The position numbers and the translations under genes were made by a program. This document shows, in pieces, positions 49,558 to 58,991 of a stretch of 64,000 bases of DNA. The notes beneath the pieces are model-generated. The model did no database searches. It saw only the letters and a list, made by a program, of their open reading frames with translations, and was not told where the DNA came from. This DNA is from Candidatus Latescibacterota bacterium. GTDB taxonomy: Bacteria > Latescibacterota > UBA2968 > GCA-2709665. Every line of letters begins with the position of its first letter. Positions within the stretch are counted from its first letter, which is position 1. The DNA is taken from positions 384,001-448,000 of the forward strand of contig OZ220733.1 of the NCBI GenBank assembly GCA_965116875.1, in the 5' to 3' direction.

Positions 49558-51945
49558 TTAACGGATCACGACAAACGTGCCGGTCTTGATCTTTCCGGCG
49601 CCAGCTGATGGTTCAATGCCATGCACGGCATAGAAATAGATTCCCGGACCCACGAGCGCCCGGATGGTGGAATACGGACGGCCGGTCCAACTGGTCTCGC
49701 TGGAAGAAATGCCCTTCTGGCGCAGGACCTGAATCAGCTGTCCGGCTGTGTTGAAGATATAAATGAACGAGTTGGACGGCACGTTCACGAACCGGATCTT
49801 CACGCCGCCGCCGTACTCGTTGGTGCCGTTGGCCATGTAGGGATTCGGCACCACCACGATATCGCGTTCCAGCGCGTCCGCGGCCGCCACGAACGGCAGC
49901 ACGGGCGACCCGCGGTTGACCTGGAGGAAGTTGGAGAACGGCCCCTCCTGCCCGTTCTGGAGGAACTTCTGCGCCCTGGGCGGGAGGTCCGCAAAGGTCA
50001 TGGTTCCGTCATTGTTCATCCAGTCGTCATGCGGTTGCTGGTAGGCCCGAATGCTGTAGTAATAGAAGAATCCGGCATTGGAGCTCGCATCGGACCAGCC
50101 GTACATCCCGGGACGGTCGGCGCGCCGGCCGTCGCTGGCCTGGTTCGCCAGCCCAACCGCCGTGCTTTCATTGCCCTCCGCGGCGGCCACGGGCCAGTCG
50201 GCGCCCGCATCGTACGTGACACCCGCCGGCAACGGCCCGCCGACGGGAATGTCACCGACGAGCGAGAACGGGCCGGTGGCCGTGAGCGTTCCACGCAGCC
50301 CGCGGTAGATGCGGAAGCCGGCCACGTCGGCCGAGCCGTAGTCCGGATGAACCGCGCCCTGGGCCTCCGCGGCCCAGAACAGTTTCACCTTCGCGTTCTC
50401 GTCGCTCTTCACGTAGACGTCGACGTCGGGTGGGCCATCCGGAATGTCAAAGCCGCTCTGATAGGCGAACAGCGCGTGCTCCAGGTGTTCTACGATCGCC
50501 TGCTCTCCCTGCAGATAGCTGGCCTTATCGGCCGTGAGGGACCACTGCCAGATGTCTATAGGGCTTTTGCCGGGGCCCGCATACTCCGCGCCGGAGCCGG
50601 CAACGTACGCCACCACGACCTTGGCCTTGTCGCCCGGGCCGAGCGCCCATGGACCGTACACCTGCGCGTTCGTGAAGCCGCCAACCTCGGTGGGGTTGTC
50701 CTGTGCGGACGTCGCGGTCAGCTTCGCGAACGCCTCCGCAGGGGTCTCGCCTTCAAGGACAGGCTCGTCGTAGTCGGACGTCGTACGCACGTTCCACCAG
50801 CCCTGGTAGACCGGCTGGTCTTCCGCGGGCTGCACGTACTGACCCGCATCGTGCATATTGAACGCGTGCCTGGGATCGGCCGGGCTGTCCGCGAACGCGA
50901 CGGGCGCCATGCCCACGAACGAGTGGGAGGCCAGCTTGCCGTCCGGGAAGGCCATTTCCTTCAGGTCGGAAGTCTCGATGTCCTTGATCCACGGGTCGCC
51001 CGTATCCTCCCAGGCCTTGAACGGGCTGTCTCCGTCGAACTGATAGCTCAGCTTGAGTCCCTGCGCCCTGGCCGCACTGATCGACACAGGCCCGCCGGGG
51101 CCGCCGTCCACGTAGTTTCCAGCCTCCGTGTACCGGAAGTGATCGTCGAGACCGTCGTCCAGCCACCGCCACCACCGGCCGCCGCCGCGGTTGTTATCGG
51201 CCGTTTCGTTGATCTTCCACGTGGCCACCAGCGGCAGGTACACTTCATTGTGCCGGTCGCTACCGGTGTTTTCCAGGGTAAATTCCGCGATGACGAAATC
51301 GTCGAACATCTGGTGGGACCAGTTGTGGACCTTCCGCGTGATTGTGATGTCGAACTTGTTCGTCCACTTGGCGACCAGAATCTCTTCCGCAAACGCGTCG
51401 TCCGGCGTGTATTCTCCGGGCGAGAAGTTCCAGATCAATCTTGGCGGCGCGCTGACGTCGTTTTCATCGGGCACGTTCGCGCCTGGCCAGTAGTTGCTGG
51501 ACGACGTAAACGTCGCGGAACGACCCTGCTCCCACTCCGTGGCCGCGCCCAGGTGCGCCTCGGGCCCGCTGGACGGGTCGTAGACCAGCGGTGTGATGTC
51601 GGGGCTCTTGCCCCTGGGGCCGGTCCAGGCCGCATCCACGCCGCCGGGCCCCACGACCATGATCCACGTGCCGAAACCAACCGCGTTACCGCCCCGGCGC
51701 GTATAATTGGAGCTGGCGTTGCTACTGGGGATGTTCGCCCAGCCGGGATACCAGAACATATCCGGCTCTCCCGTCTGCCCGCTTCCCAGGTTCCAGCCGC
51801 CCATGGTACCGTCCGAGTTCCAGCTGATCTGGAGGTGACCTCGGCTGGTGGAAAGCCTCGGGGTGTCGCTCTGGTCTACCGCCCAGGCGCCCACCGGCAG
51901 GAGCAAGCCGCACACAAGCGCCACAAGCTTGATGCCTGGTTTCAT
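49558..51945 (-). CDS. Secreted hypothetical protein with FN3-like domain and C-terminal T9SS type-A/FlgD-like domain
   Basis: Signal peptide; PP.V...V.L.W...GFRIYR (FN3-like); C-terminal IVVVPNPY..IRFVNVP..IYIFNTAGQLI..W..GIYFY..GTFVVIR. Confidence 0.75.
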   Translation of the reverse strand: MKPGIKLVALVCGLLLPVGAWAVDQSDTPRLSTSRGHLQISWNSDGTMGGWNLGSGQTGEPDMFWYPGWANIPSSNASSNYTRRGGNAVGFGTWIMVVGPGGVDAAWTGPRGKSPDITPLVYDPSSGPEAHLGAATEWEQGRSATFTSSSNYWPGANVPDENDVSAPPRLIWNFSPGEYTPDDAFAEEILVAKWTNKFDITITRKVHNWSHQMFDDFVIAEFTLENTGSDRHNEVYLPLVATWKINETADNNRGGGRWWRWLDDGLDDHFRYTEAGNYVDGGPGGPVSISAARAQGLKLSYQFDGDSPFKAWEDTGDPWIKDIETSDLKEMAFPDGKLASHSFVGMAPVAFADSPADPRHAFNMHDAGQYVQPAEDQPVYQGWWNVRTTSDYDEPVLEGETPAEAFAKLTATSAQDNPTEVGGFTNAQVYGPWALGPGDKAKVVVAYVAGSGAEYAGPGKSPIDIWQWSLTADKASYLQGEQAIVEHLEHALFAYQSGFDIPDGPPDVDVYVKSDENAKVKLFWAAEAQGAVHPDYGSADVAGFRIYRGLRGTLTATGPFSLVGDIPVGGPLPAGVTYDAGADWPVAAAEGNESTAVGLANQASDGRRADRPGMYGWSDASSNAGFFYYYSIRAYQQPHDDWMNNDGTMTFADLPPRAQKFLQNGQEGPFSNFLQVNRGSPVLPFVAAADALERDIVVVPNPYMANGTNEYGGGVKIRFVNVPSNSFIYIFNTAGQLIQVLRQKGISSSETSWTGRPYSTIRALVGPGIYFYAVHGIEPSAGAGKIKTGTFVVIR

Positions 51946-51966
51946 ACTTGCTTCTCCCTTTCGATT

Positions 51967-51997
51967 AACGGGGGACGGGCAAACCCGCCCCCCGGTT
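51967..51997 (-). promoter_or_regulatory. Intercistronic GC-rich hairpin (mRNA stability element or partial terminator)
   Basis: GGGGG-A-CGGG-CAAA-CCCG-C-CCCCC between the TBDR and the next gene; no long U tract. Confidence 0.55.
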
Positions 51998-52009
51998 ACG
52001 TTAACTCAA

Positions 52010-55000
52010 TTAGAAGTTGACTTTCAGACCCAAGCCCACCTCGCGCGGCTTGCCGTAGTACCGGGTCAACTCGTTGTAGTCCCCGTACGTGAGGTAGTCC
52101 TGGTCGTTCGGCCTGGGGACGTTCAGGCCCCAGCGGACGTAGTCGGGATAGGATCCGCCGACGGGGCTGTCCTGCTGGTTGAACAGATTGAAGATCTCCA
52201 CGTAGAACACGGCGTTCCGCTGCCCGCTCTCCACAAGGGTCTTCTCGACCTGCAGGTCGGTCCAGGTTCGGATGGGCCTGTGGCGAAGTTCCGGCTGCTT
52301 CCCGGGCGGCGTGTACCATTGGGGTCTGCCGCTCTGAATGCGCCAGACCATATTCGCGCGCAGTCCGCCCACCGCGTGGAACTGACGCAGCCCGGGACCG
52401 AAGTCCATGGGCGTATCCAGGTACAGCGAGAGGCTGGACTGGACACGAAGGTCAGACCCTTTCGGGTTGAACAGCCGGCCGCCGCCGTACGTGGGCTGCC
52501 AGACACCGTTCATATTGGCCGGCGCGTCGTAGGCCTTCTGGATGTCCATGAACTCGAAAATCACGAACTGATACCTGTCCGTGATGGCTCTGGACCTGCT
52601 CCGCCACCAGCTGGCGACCCTCGTGGCAAGCTTCATCCGTTCTTCCAGAGAGAAATCCTTGCGCACGTATGCAGACCCGTTCCATTCCCAATCGTGATAC
52701 TGATCGGGGTTCATTACGTACGAGGAATCCGGGTAGAACATGGTGGCGTTGGAGCCCACGCGCGCCGTAGACGCCCAGCCGAAGTTGATGGCCGCGTTGA
52801 ACGAGAAATAGTGGCTGAAGCCCTTGCGCACGTGCAACTCGAGGCCTCTCATGTCCTGGTAAGAACTGGGCTTGCGGCCCCAGACCCAGGTTGTGCGCTG
52901 CGGCTCGTACCAGTACCGGCTTCCTGAGGAAATCTTGCCGATGGCGCTCTTGTAATAGGCCGCTATACCCGCCGTATAGTCTGCGACAAAGTTCCAGTCG
53001 GCGCCCGCCTCGTAAGCCCGGGTTCGGGTAAGGGCAACGTAGGGGTTCGCCATCCGGACCTGCCCGTGCAGACCCCGGAACGAGTCCCACGCCACGTGGG
53101 CATCGGGGCCGTTCGCCCGCCACTGCTCGCGGAAGTACTCGAACAGGTCGGGCACCTTGGCGTAGAGACCGGCCGTGAAGTGGAAGGCCGACCGCTGCGT
53201 GATGGGATGGGAGATCCCGAATCGCGGGCTGAACTGGGTCGCCCACTGCGGGTCGACCGTGACCATATCCACGTGCTTGATGAGCCAGCGGTTCTGCGGC
53301 GTCTGAAGCTGCGAGACGTTGTAGAACCGGTGGTTGGTGTAGAGCGCGTCGAACCGGATGCCCGCGTTCATCACCATCCCCTCGAACTCCATCTTGTCCT
53401 GCAGATAGAATCCGATCTGAATGGGATTGATGGGCGCTTTCACGTCGGGCAGATTACCCGAGTGGGTGATAAAGTCCACAATCCGCTGGCTTGGGTTCGG
53501 CGCATTGTAGTTCAGGTAATAGATGCTGAACCGGGTGAGATCCATTCCGCCCTTGACGAAGTGTCCCTTGGTGACCTGGGACGACACGTCCAGCTTCAGA
53601 TTCAGCCGGCTCCGGTCCGCAATGGTGTAGTTCGCGACGTTGGCGGGCCTTACGTTGAACCAGCCGTCGAGATCCTTCTCGCCGAATACCGTTGTGGGGA
53701 ACCCGAACTGGTCTCTCGGCCACTTCGTATCCTGGGTATCTTCCAGCGTTGTGTAGAACGACACCCTGGCTTCGTAGAACGTCTTGGGTGAAACCGTGTG
53801 CGTCAGCGACGCGTAGGTGACCCGGTCGGTCACGACCCGTCCGCCGGCGCCGGACCCCTCCGGCAGAAAGATGTTCTGACCGTTGGACGCCCTGTCGCGC
53901 TGGGTGTTCGTTCCCCTGTTGTAATATTCAGCCGTGGAATAGATCTGGCCGATGCTCACCTTCGCGTCGGCGCCTGGCCGGAACGTCAGCTTGGCGTTGC
54001 CGCGGAAATCCAGCGGCGTGGACAGCGTGGGAAAGCCGCCGGACATAACGCTGGTCAGGCTGGTGGCGCCAAGGCTCGGGTCGAAGGTGGCATTGCGAAC
54101 GGACGTGTTCAACACGTCGGTGGGCTGCCGGGTCCACCTCGCGCTTGCGAAGAAACTGGCCTGGTCGCCCATCGGCCCCGAAATGCCGCCTTCAATATAA
54201 TACCCCTTGATGTCGGTGTATTCTATGGCCCTGTGCGCAAGGCCCACCTCGTCGTCGGGCGTGCCCGGAACGCCATCCTCGCCGTCGCTCAGAATCACCG
54301 TTTCCGCGCGCCACTCACGGTCGTCCCACTTGAGCCTGTCGCGGTGATACGCGCTCTCGTAGAGATTTGCGCCCCAGTGCTTCTGGCTTGGGGGCGTATA
54401 GCGGAGATCGCCCCAGCCGCGGAAGTCCCGTCCGCCGTCTTTCGTGATGATGGAGACCGCGCCGGATTCCAGGTTGCCGTATTCCGCGCTCGCGCCGCCT
54501 GAAATCACCGTGATTTCCTGAACGGCGGTTTTGGAGGGTCCGGTGAACTGCCTGCCGTAGCCGTCGTTGTTCGGCAGAACCACGCCGTCCACCATCAGGA
54601 TGCCGTCTTTCGAGTCTCCGCCACGGATGACGTTGGCATTGTTGAGCTGCACACCCGGATTCAATGTAACCAGGTCGGTGACCGAGCGGGCCATAGGCAG
54701 CGATTCCAGCTGCTCGGCGCTCATCACGTAGTGACTGGTGGTCTTGTCAGGCTCCACCGGCGGCCGCTCCGCCGTGACCACGAGTTCTTCGGCTTCGAGC
54801 GCCGTCTCCTTCAACTGGAAATCGACGGTCGTGGTAAAGTCGGCCTGGATCCGCACGTCCGTCTTGGTAACGGCGTTGTAGCCGACCATGGATGCCACCA
54901 GCGTAATGTTGCCCGGGTCGACGGAAATGACAAGATAGTATCCGTCCGCGTCCGACTGGGCGCCCCTGCGGGTGCCTTCGATCACGACGTTTACACCCGG

Positions 55001-55135
55001 CAGCGGTTCGCCGGACGCCGCATCCATGATGCGCCCGGTCAGTTTACCGGTCTGGCCCGCAAACGCGTCCTGTGTGAAGCCAATCAGCACGAAGAGCGCG
55101 ACCGGCAAAGCCACAAACAACTTCCATCTGTTCAT
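52010..55135 (-). CDS. TonB-dependent outer-membrane receptor
   Basis: Signal peptide; GK.TGR..DA.SGEPLPGVNV (CarboxypepD_reg-like); plug IRGG..MVDGV, GG.SAEYGN; YLQDKME, FSPRFG; terminal Phe. Confidence 0.93.
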   Translation of the reverse strand: MNRWKLFVALPVALFVLIGFTQDAFAGQTGKLTGRIMDAASGEPLPGVNVVIEGTRRGAQSDADGYYLVISVDPGNITLVASMVGYNAVTKTDVRIQADFTTTVDFQLKETALEAEELVVTAERPPVEPDKTTSHYVMSAEQLESLPMARSVTDLVTLNPGVQLNNANVIRGGDSKDGILMVDGVVLPNNDGYGRQFTGPSKTAVQEITVISGGASAEYGNLESGAVSIITKDGGRDFRGWGDLRYTPPSQKHWGANLYESAYHRDRLKWDDREWRAETVILSDGEDGVPGTPDDEVGLAHRAIEYTDIKGYYIEGGISGPMGDQASFFASARWTRQPTDVLNTSVRNATFDPSLGATSLTSVMSGGFPTLSTPLDFRGNAKLTFRPGADAKVSIGQIYSTAEYYNRGTNTQRDRASNGQNIFLPEGSGAGGRVVTDRVTYASLTHTVSPKTFYEARVSFYTTLEDTQDTKWPRDQFGFPTTVFGEKDLDGWFNVRPANVANYTIADRSRLNLKLDVSSQVTKGHFVKGGMDLTRFSIYYLNYNAPNPSQRIVDFITHSGNLPDVKAPINPIQIGFYLQDKMEFEGMVMNAGIRFDALYTNHRFYNVSQLQTPQNRWLIKHVDMVTVDPQWATQFSPRFGISHPITQRSAFHFTAGLYAKVPDLFEYFREQWRANGPDAHVAWDSFRGLHGQVRMANPYVALTRTRAYEAGADWNFVADYTAGIAAYYKSAIGKISSGSRYWYEPQRTTWVWGRKPSSYQDMRGLELHVRKGFSHYFSFNAAINFGWASTARVGSNATMFYPDSSYVMNPDQYHDWEWNGSAYVRKDFSLEERMKLATRVASWWRSRSRAITDRYQFVIFEFMDIQKAYDAPANMNGVWQPTYGGGRLFNPKGSDLRVQSSLSLYLDTPMDFGPGLRQFHAVGGLRANMVWRIQSGRPQWYTPPGKQPELRHRPIRTWTDLQVEKTLVESGQRNAVFYVEIFNLFNQQDSPVGGSYPDYVRWGLNVPRPNDQDYLTYGDYNELTRYYGKPREVGLGLKVNF

Positions 55136-55165
55136 CTGAATACCTCCTTCGAAAGGACTCCGCGG

Positions 55166-55864
55166 CTATTTCCCGCTGAAGTAGAATTTAACCCCGGCTC
55201 CGAAGTCCAGCATCTGCAGGGGGAAGGTTTCGGAAATTTCCCAGTCTTCCAGGCCCCGAAGGTCCCCGATCATCATGTTGTACCGCGCACGAAGGTCCAC
55301 GGCCACGTTGTCGACGACAAAGGCTTCGACACCCAGCCCCGCGTTAATCCCCAGCGCGAACCGCTCGTCGGAGAACGGTTCCAGCTCAAGAACCAGGTCG
55401 CCTGTCTGACCGGGCCAGAGCAACCCGCTGACGTCGTTCCTGTACCGGTAGAAGCCGCCGCCCACCGCGACGTACGGGGCGAAACTGCTGGCAGAGAACG
55501 GCTGTCCGATCTGCCGCAGCCTGACGAGGGCGTTTACCAGCAGACTGTTCAGGCTCATATTGCTGGACGCGTTCGGGCTGGTGTAGTCGTTGCCGTCGGT
55601 CCAGGTGAACGTACGAGTCAGCAGGCTCCCGTCGGTGAAGTTGCCGCTGTGAAACTCAAGCTCCACGGTTACGTTCGACGCGGGCACGTAGGCCGCGTTC
55701 AGCCCGAACTTGGAATCGTTGTCGTACCACTCGCCCAGACCGAAGACCGGCACGTTGTAATTCGCAAACACGCCGACTCCCCAACTGCCTTCCTGGGCAA
55801 CAGCAGGCCACGCTGATATCGAGAATACGAGAATCAACAGGCCAACAACCCTGAACACCTTCAT
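55166..55864 (-). CDS. Small outer-membrane beta-barrel (OmpA/OmpW-like)
   Basis: AAGGAGG RBS; signal peptide; PYVAVGGG, GINAGLGVE, GAGVKFYF. Confidence 0.85.
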   Translation of the reverse strand: MKVFRVVGLLILVFSISAWPAVAQEGSWGVGVFANYNVPVFGLGEWYDNDSKFGLNAAYVPASNVTVELEFHSGNFTDGSLLTRTFTWTDGNDYTSPNASSNMSLNSLLVNALVRLRQIGQPFSASSFAPYVAVGGGFYRYRNDVSGLLWPGQTGDLVLELEPFSDERFALGINAGLGVEAFVVDNVAVDLRARYNMMIGDLRGLEDWEISETFPLQMLDFGAGVKFYFSGK

Positions 55865-56004
55865 AAACACCTCCTTCTTGGGAATGATGACTTATCCCCT
55901 CCTCACTGCCTTACATCTGCAAACTGCCCCGAAACAGAAATTACCCGGCTAAAAGAACCTGCAAAATCCCCGCAGTCTGCTGGATTCCTCACCCCCTCTC
56001 AAAC

Positions 56005-56046
56005 ATAAAAAAAGGGCAATGCCGTCCGGATACCGGACGCGCCCCG
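56005..56046 (-). terminator. Intrinsic terminator within the putative leader of the OMP-TBDR operon
   Basis: Minus strand reads GGGCGCGTCCGG-TAT-CCGGACGGCATTGCCC followed by T7. Confidence 0.75.
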
Positions 56047-56172
56047 TTAACGCACTCCTGCTTCCAACCTGTTGTATCTATAATAAAGGACTACGCGGTA
56101 GCAATTTAACATAAGCCCACCGGTGGATCGCTTCGATTTGTAATCAAGTGCACAACCGCAGGGTATCGACAG

Positions 56173-56201
56173 AAGATATATAAGGAATTCTCAAATGTCA
56201 A
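56173..56201 (-). promoter_or_regulatory. Sigma70-type promoter directed toward the OMP-TBDR operon
   Basis: Minus strand TTGACA (56201-56196), 17 nt spacer, TATCTT (56178-56173) in AT-rich context. Confidence 0.7.
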
Positions 56202-56300
56202 TACTTTTGTTACCCGTTTTTTCATCCGAATTCGCGACAGTCGCGCCGCCACAATCGCCCGCGTCGCCGGGCGCGAAACGTCCGGCATCGGTCGCGGAAG

Positions 56301-57191
56301 TCAGACGGTCCGCCCGGGATTCGCGCCGAGCGCTTCGCACACGGTTTCGCCAATGTCCGCCGGGCTGCTGCAGACCCGAATACCCGCGGCTGCCAGGGCC
56401 GCCATCTTTTCTTCGGCCGTGCCCTTGCCGCCCGAAATAATGGCGCCGGCGTGGCCCATGCGCCTGCCCGGAGGCGCGGTCTGGCCGGCAATGAAGCCGA
56501 CCACGGGCTTCGGGAATGAAGTCCTCACGTAGTCCGCCGCCTGTTCTTCCGCCGAGCCGCCGATCTCGCCGATCATCACGACGCATTCGGTTTGGGGATC
56601 CTGTCCGAAGGCATCGAGACAATCTATAAAACTGGTTCCGATGACGGGGTCTCCCCCAATGCCCACGCACGTGGACTGGCCGAGACCCAGGGCCGTCAGT
56701 TGGGCGACGGCCTCGTACGTCAGCGTTCCGCTGCGGGAAATGACACCCACGTTGCCGCTCCTGTGTACATCGGCCGGCATAATGCCAATCTTGCATTTGC
56801 CAGGAGAGATGACCCCCGGACAGTTGGGTCCAATCAGCCGGGTGGAGCGCGAACCGAGGTAGTGTTTGACCTTTACCATATCCAGTACGGGGATGCCTTC
56901 GCTGATGCACACGACCAGGCGCACTCCGGCCTCCGCGGCTTCGATGATCGCGTCCGCGGAGAACGCCGCCGGGACGAAGACGATCGAAGCGTCCGCCCCC
57001 GTGGCGTCGACCGCATCGGAAACCGTATTGAAGACCGGTACCCCTTCGACCCGATGTCCGGCCCGGCCCGGCGTGACGCCCGCGACGATCCGGGTGCCGT
57101 AGTCCAACATCTGTCGCGTGTGGAAGGAACCTTCGTTGCCGGTAATCGCCTGCACTATAACTCGAGTGTCGTTGTCGATGAAGATGCTCAT
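56301..57191 (-). CDS. sucD: Succinate--CoA ligase subunit alpha
   Basis: [54 protein letters not shown] (phospho-His). Confidence 0.97.
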   Translation of the reverse strand: MSIFIDNDTRVIVQAITGNEGSFHTRQMLDYGTRIVAGVTPGRAGHRVEGVPVFNTVSDAVDATGADASIVFVPAAFSADAIIEAAEAGVRLVVCISEGIPVLDMVKVKHYLGSRSTRLIGPNCPGVISPGKCKIGIMPADVHRSGNVGVISRSGTLTYEAVAQLTALGLGQSTCVGIGGDPVIGTSFIDCLDAFGQDPQTECVVMIGEIGGSAEEQAADYVRTSFPKPVVGFIAGQTAPPGRRMGHAGAIISGGKGTAEEKMAALAAAGIRVCSSPADIGETVCEALGANPGRTV

Positions 57192-57253
57192 TGAGTATCC
57201 CTGTTAAAGACCATATCTGTCAGGTTTGTCGCTGTGTTTCCTGATTCGGGAAG

Positions 57254-57964
57254 ACGGGAGACGAGTAGAGGAGAGAGTGGAGAGAAGTGAGAAAAGAGAG
57301 AAGGCGAAAATCGAGGAGAGAGTGGAGAGAAGTGAGTAAAGAGAGAGACGAGGGCCTCTCGCTCCGCTTCGCTACCGAGATTCCCGATCTGCATTTCCCC
57401 ACTCCTCTTGCCTCACTCCTCGCCCGACTTGCCTCTCGCGTTTCCCGATCTGCCTTTTCTCACTCCTCACTCCTCTTACCTCACTCCTGGAGCGGCGGAA
57501 GGGGGCAACGGGAGATGCGTAGAGTAGAGAGTGGAGAGAAGTGAGTAAAGAGAGAGACGAGGACCTCTCGCTCCTCTTCCCTACCGCGATTCCCGATCTG
57601 CATTTCCTCACTCCTCTTGCCTCACTCCTCGCCCGACTTGCCTCTCGCGTTTCCCGGTCTGCTTTTTCTCACTCCTCACTCCTCTTACCTCACTCCTGGT
57701 ACGGCGGAAGGGGGCAACGGGAGATGCGTAGAGTAGAGAGTGGAGAGAAGTGAGAAAAGAGAGAAGGCGAAAATCGAGAAGAGAGCGGAGAGAAGTAAGA
57801 AAAGAGAGAGACGAGGGCCCCTCGCTCCTCTTCCCTACCGCGATTCCCGATCTGCATTTCCTCACTCCTCTTGCCTCACTCCTCGCCCGACTTGCCTCTC
57901 GCGTTTCCCGATCTGCTTTTTCTCACTCCTCACTCCTCTTACCTCACTCCTGGTACGGCGGAAG
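57254..57964. repeat. Three tandem copies of a ~210-255 bp purine-block/pyrimidine-block element
   Basis: Units begin ACGGGAGA at 57254, 57508, 57717; near-identical CGATCTGCATTTCC.CACTCCTCTTGCCTCACTCCTCGCCCGACTTGCC cores. Confidence 0.92.
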
Positions 57965-58646
57965 CGGGCTGCGGTCTGCATCGCTCTTCGATGGTGCCGT
58001 CGGCCTTGCCGATCACGATCTGGTGAGCCAGGCCCACGAAGAGGCCGGACTCAACGACGCCGCAGATCCCACCGATACGTCGTTCCAGATCCCCGGGCTC
58101 TTCGATGCCGCCGAAGGCGCAGTCCAGAATGTGGTTGCCATTGTCCGTGACGAACGTCCTGTTTTCGCGGATGCGCAGAGACGCCCGGCATCCGAGAGCC
58201 TCGAGTTTCAGTTGAACGTACTGCCAGCCGAAGGGGACCACTTCCACCGGCAGCGGAGACTCTCCGAGGCGGTCCTTGAGTTTGGTTTCGTCGGCAACGA
58301 TGATTTCCCGAAGGCTGGCCGCGGCCACGAGTTTTTCGCGAAACAGAGCGCCGCCGCCGCCCTTGATCAGGTTGAAGGCGGGATCGATCTCGTCGGCGCC
58401 GTCAATCGTCAGGTCTATCCGGGTGGCATCGGAGAAATCGATAAGGGGAATGCCTTCGCTCTCCGCCTGATTCCTGGACTGTTCAGACGTTGGGATTCCT
58501 CGAATCCTCAGGCCCTCCCGTACACGCTCGCCCAGCTTTCGAATCGCATAGAAAGCGGTCGATCCGGTCCCAAGGCCGACGATCATGCCGTCGTCCACCA
58601 GTTCGGCGGCCCGTTCACCCGCGGCTTTTTTCGGGTTGGCGGACAC
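57939..58646 (-). CDS. rpiA: Ribose-5-phosphate isomerase A
   Basis: GLGTGSTA, IDGADEID, IKGGGGALFREK, PVEVVP, TDNGN.ILD, GVVESGLF. Confidence 0.97.
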   Translation of the reverse strand: MSANPKKAAGERAAELVDDGMIVGLGTGSTAFYAIRKLGERVREGLRIRGIPTSEQSRNQAESEGIPLIDFSDATRIDLTIDGADEIDPAFNLIKGGGGALFREKLVAAASLREIIVADETKLKDRLGESPLPVEVVPFGWQYVQLKLEALGCRASLRIRENRTFVTDNGNHILDCAFGGIEEPGDLERRIGGICGVVESGLFVGLAHQIVIGKADGTIEERCRPQPASAVPGVR

Positions 58647-58991
58647 CTTGCCTCCTTCAATTCACCACACCTGTCCGAAAACGGGTCTGATTCAATACAA
58701 ATGACGGGAATTTGCGCGAATCCACCCCGGCCCGGATTTGTCTTTTCCGAATTATCCCGGATAGCAGCGGCTCCCGGGACAATTCCAGGCCTGATTCATT
58801 TCGCGGAGAATTTATACATGAACGACCCGTACTGCAATGATAAACGACCGTGACGCACGACCACCGAGGCCGTCGTCGTCGGCGTGAGGCCAAAAACAAT
58901 TGACAATCCCGCCCGTATCTATCATATATAATAAGATGGTCCTGTGAGCCACCATACGGATTGCGGACGACCTGTGAACGAGGGAGGATAC

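Noticed and set aside
49621-52020. 799-aa plus-strand ORF
   Set aside because: Codon-mirror shadow of the CTD-protein gene
57254-57964. Possible CRISPR array or small repeated peptide genes
   Set aside because: Units exceed 200 bp with no unique spacers and no cas genes nearby; the ORFs are low-complexity translations of the repeat
58900-58932. TTGACA and TATAAT upstream of the HTH-MBL gene
   Set aside because: The 21-nt spacing is non-canonical; a promoter is likely here but its elements cannot be fixed
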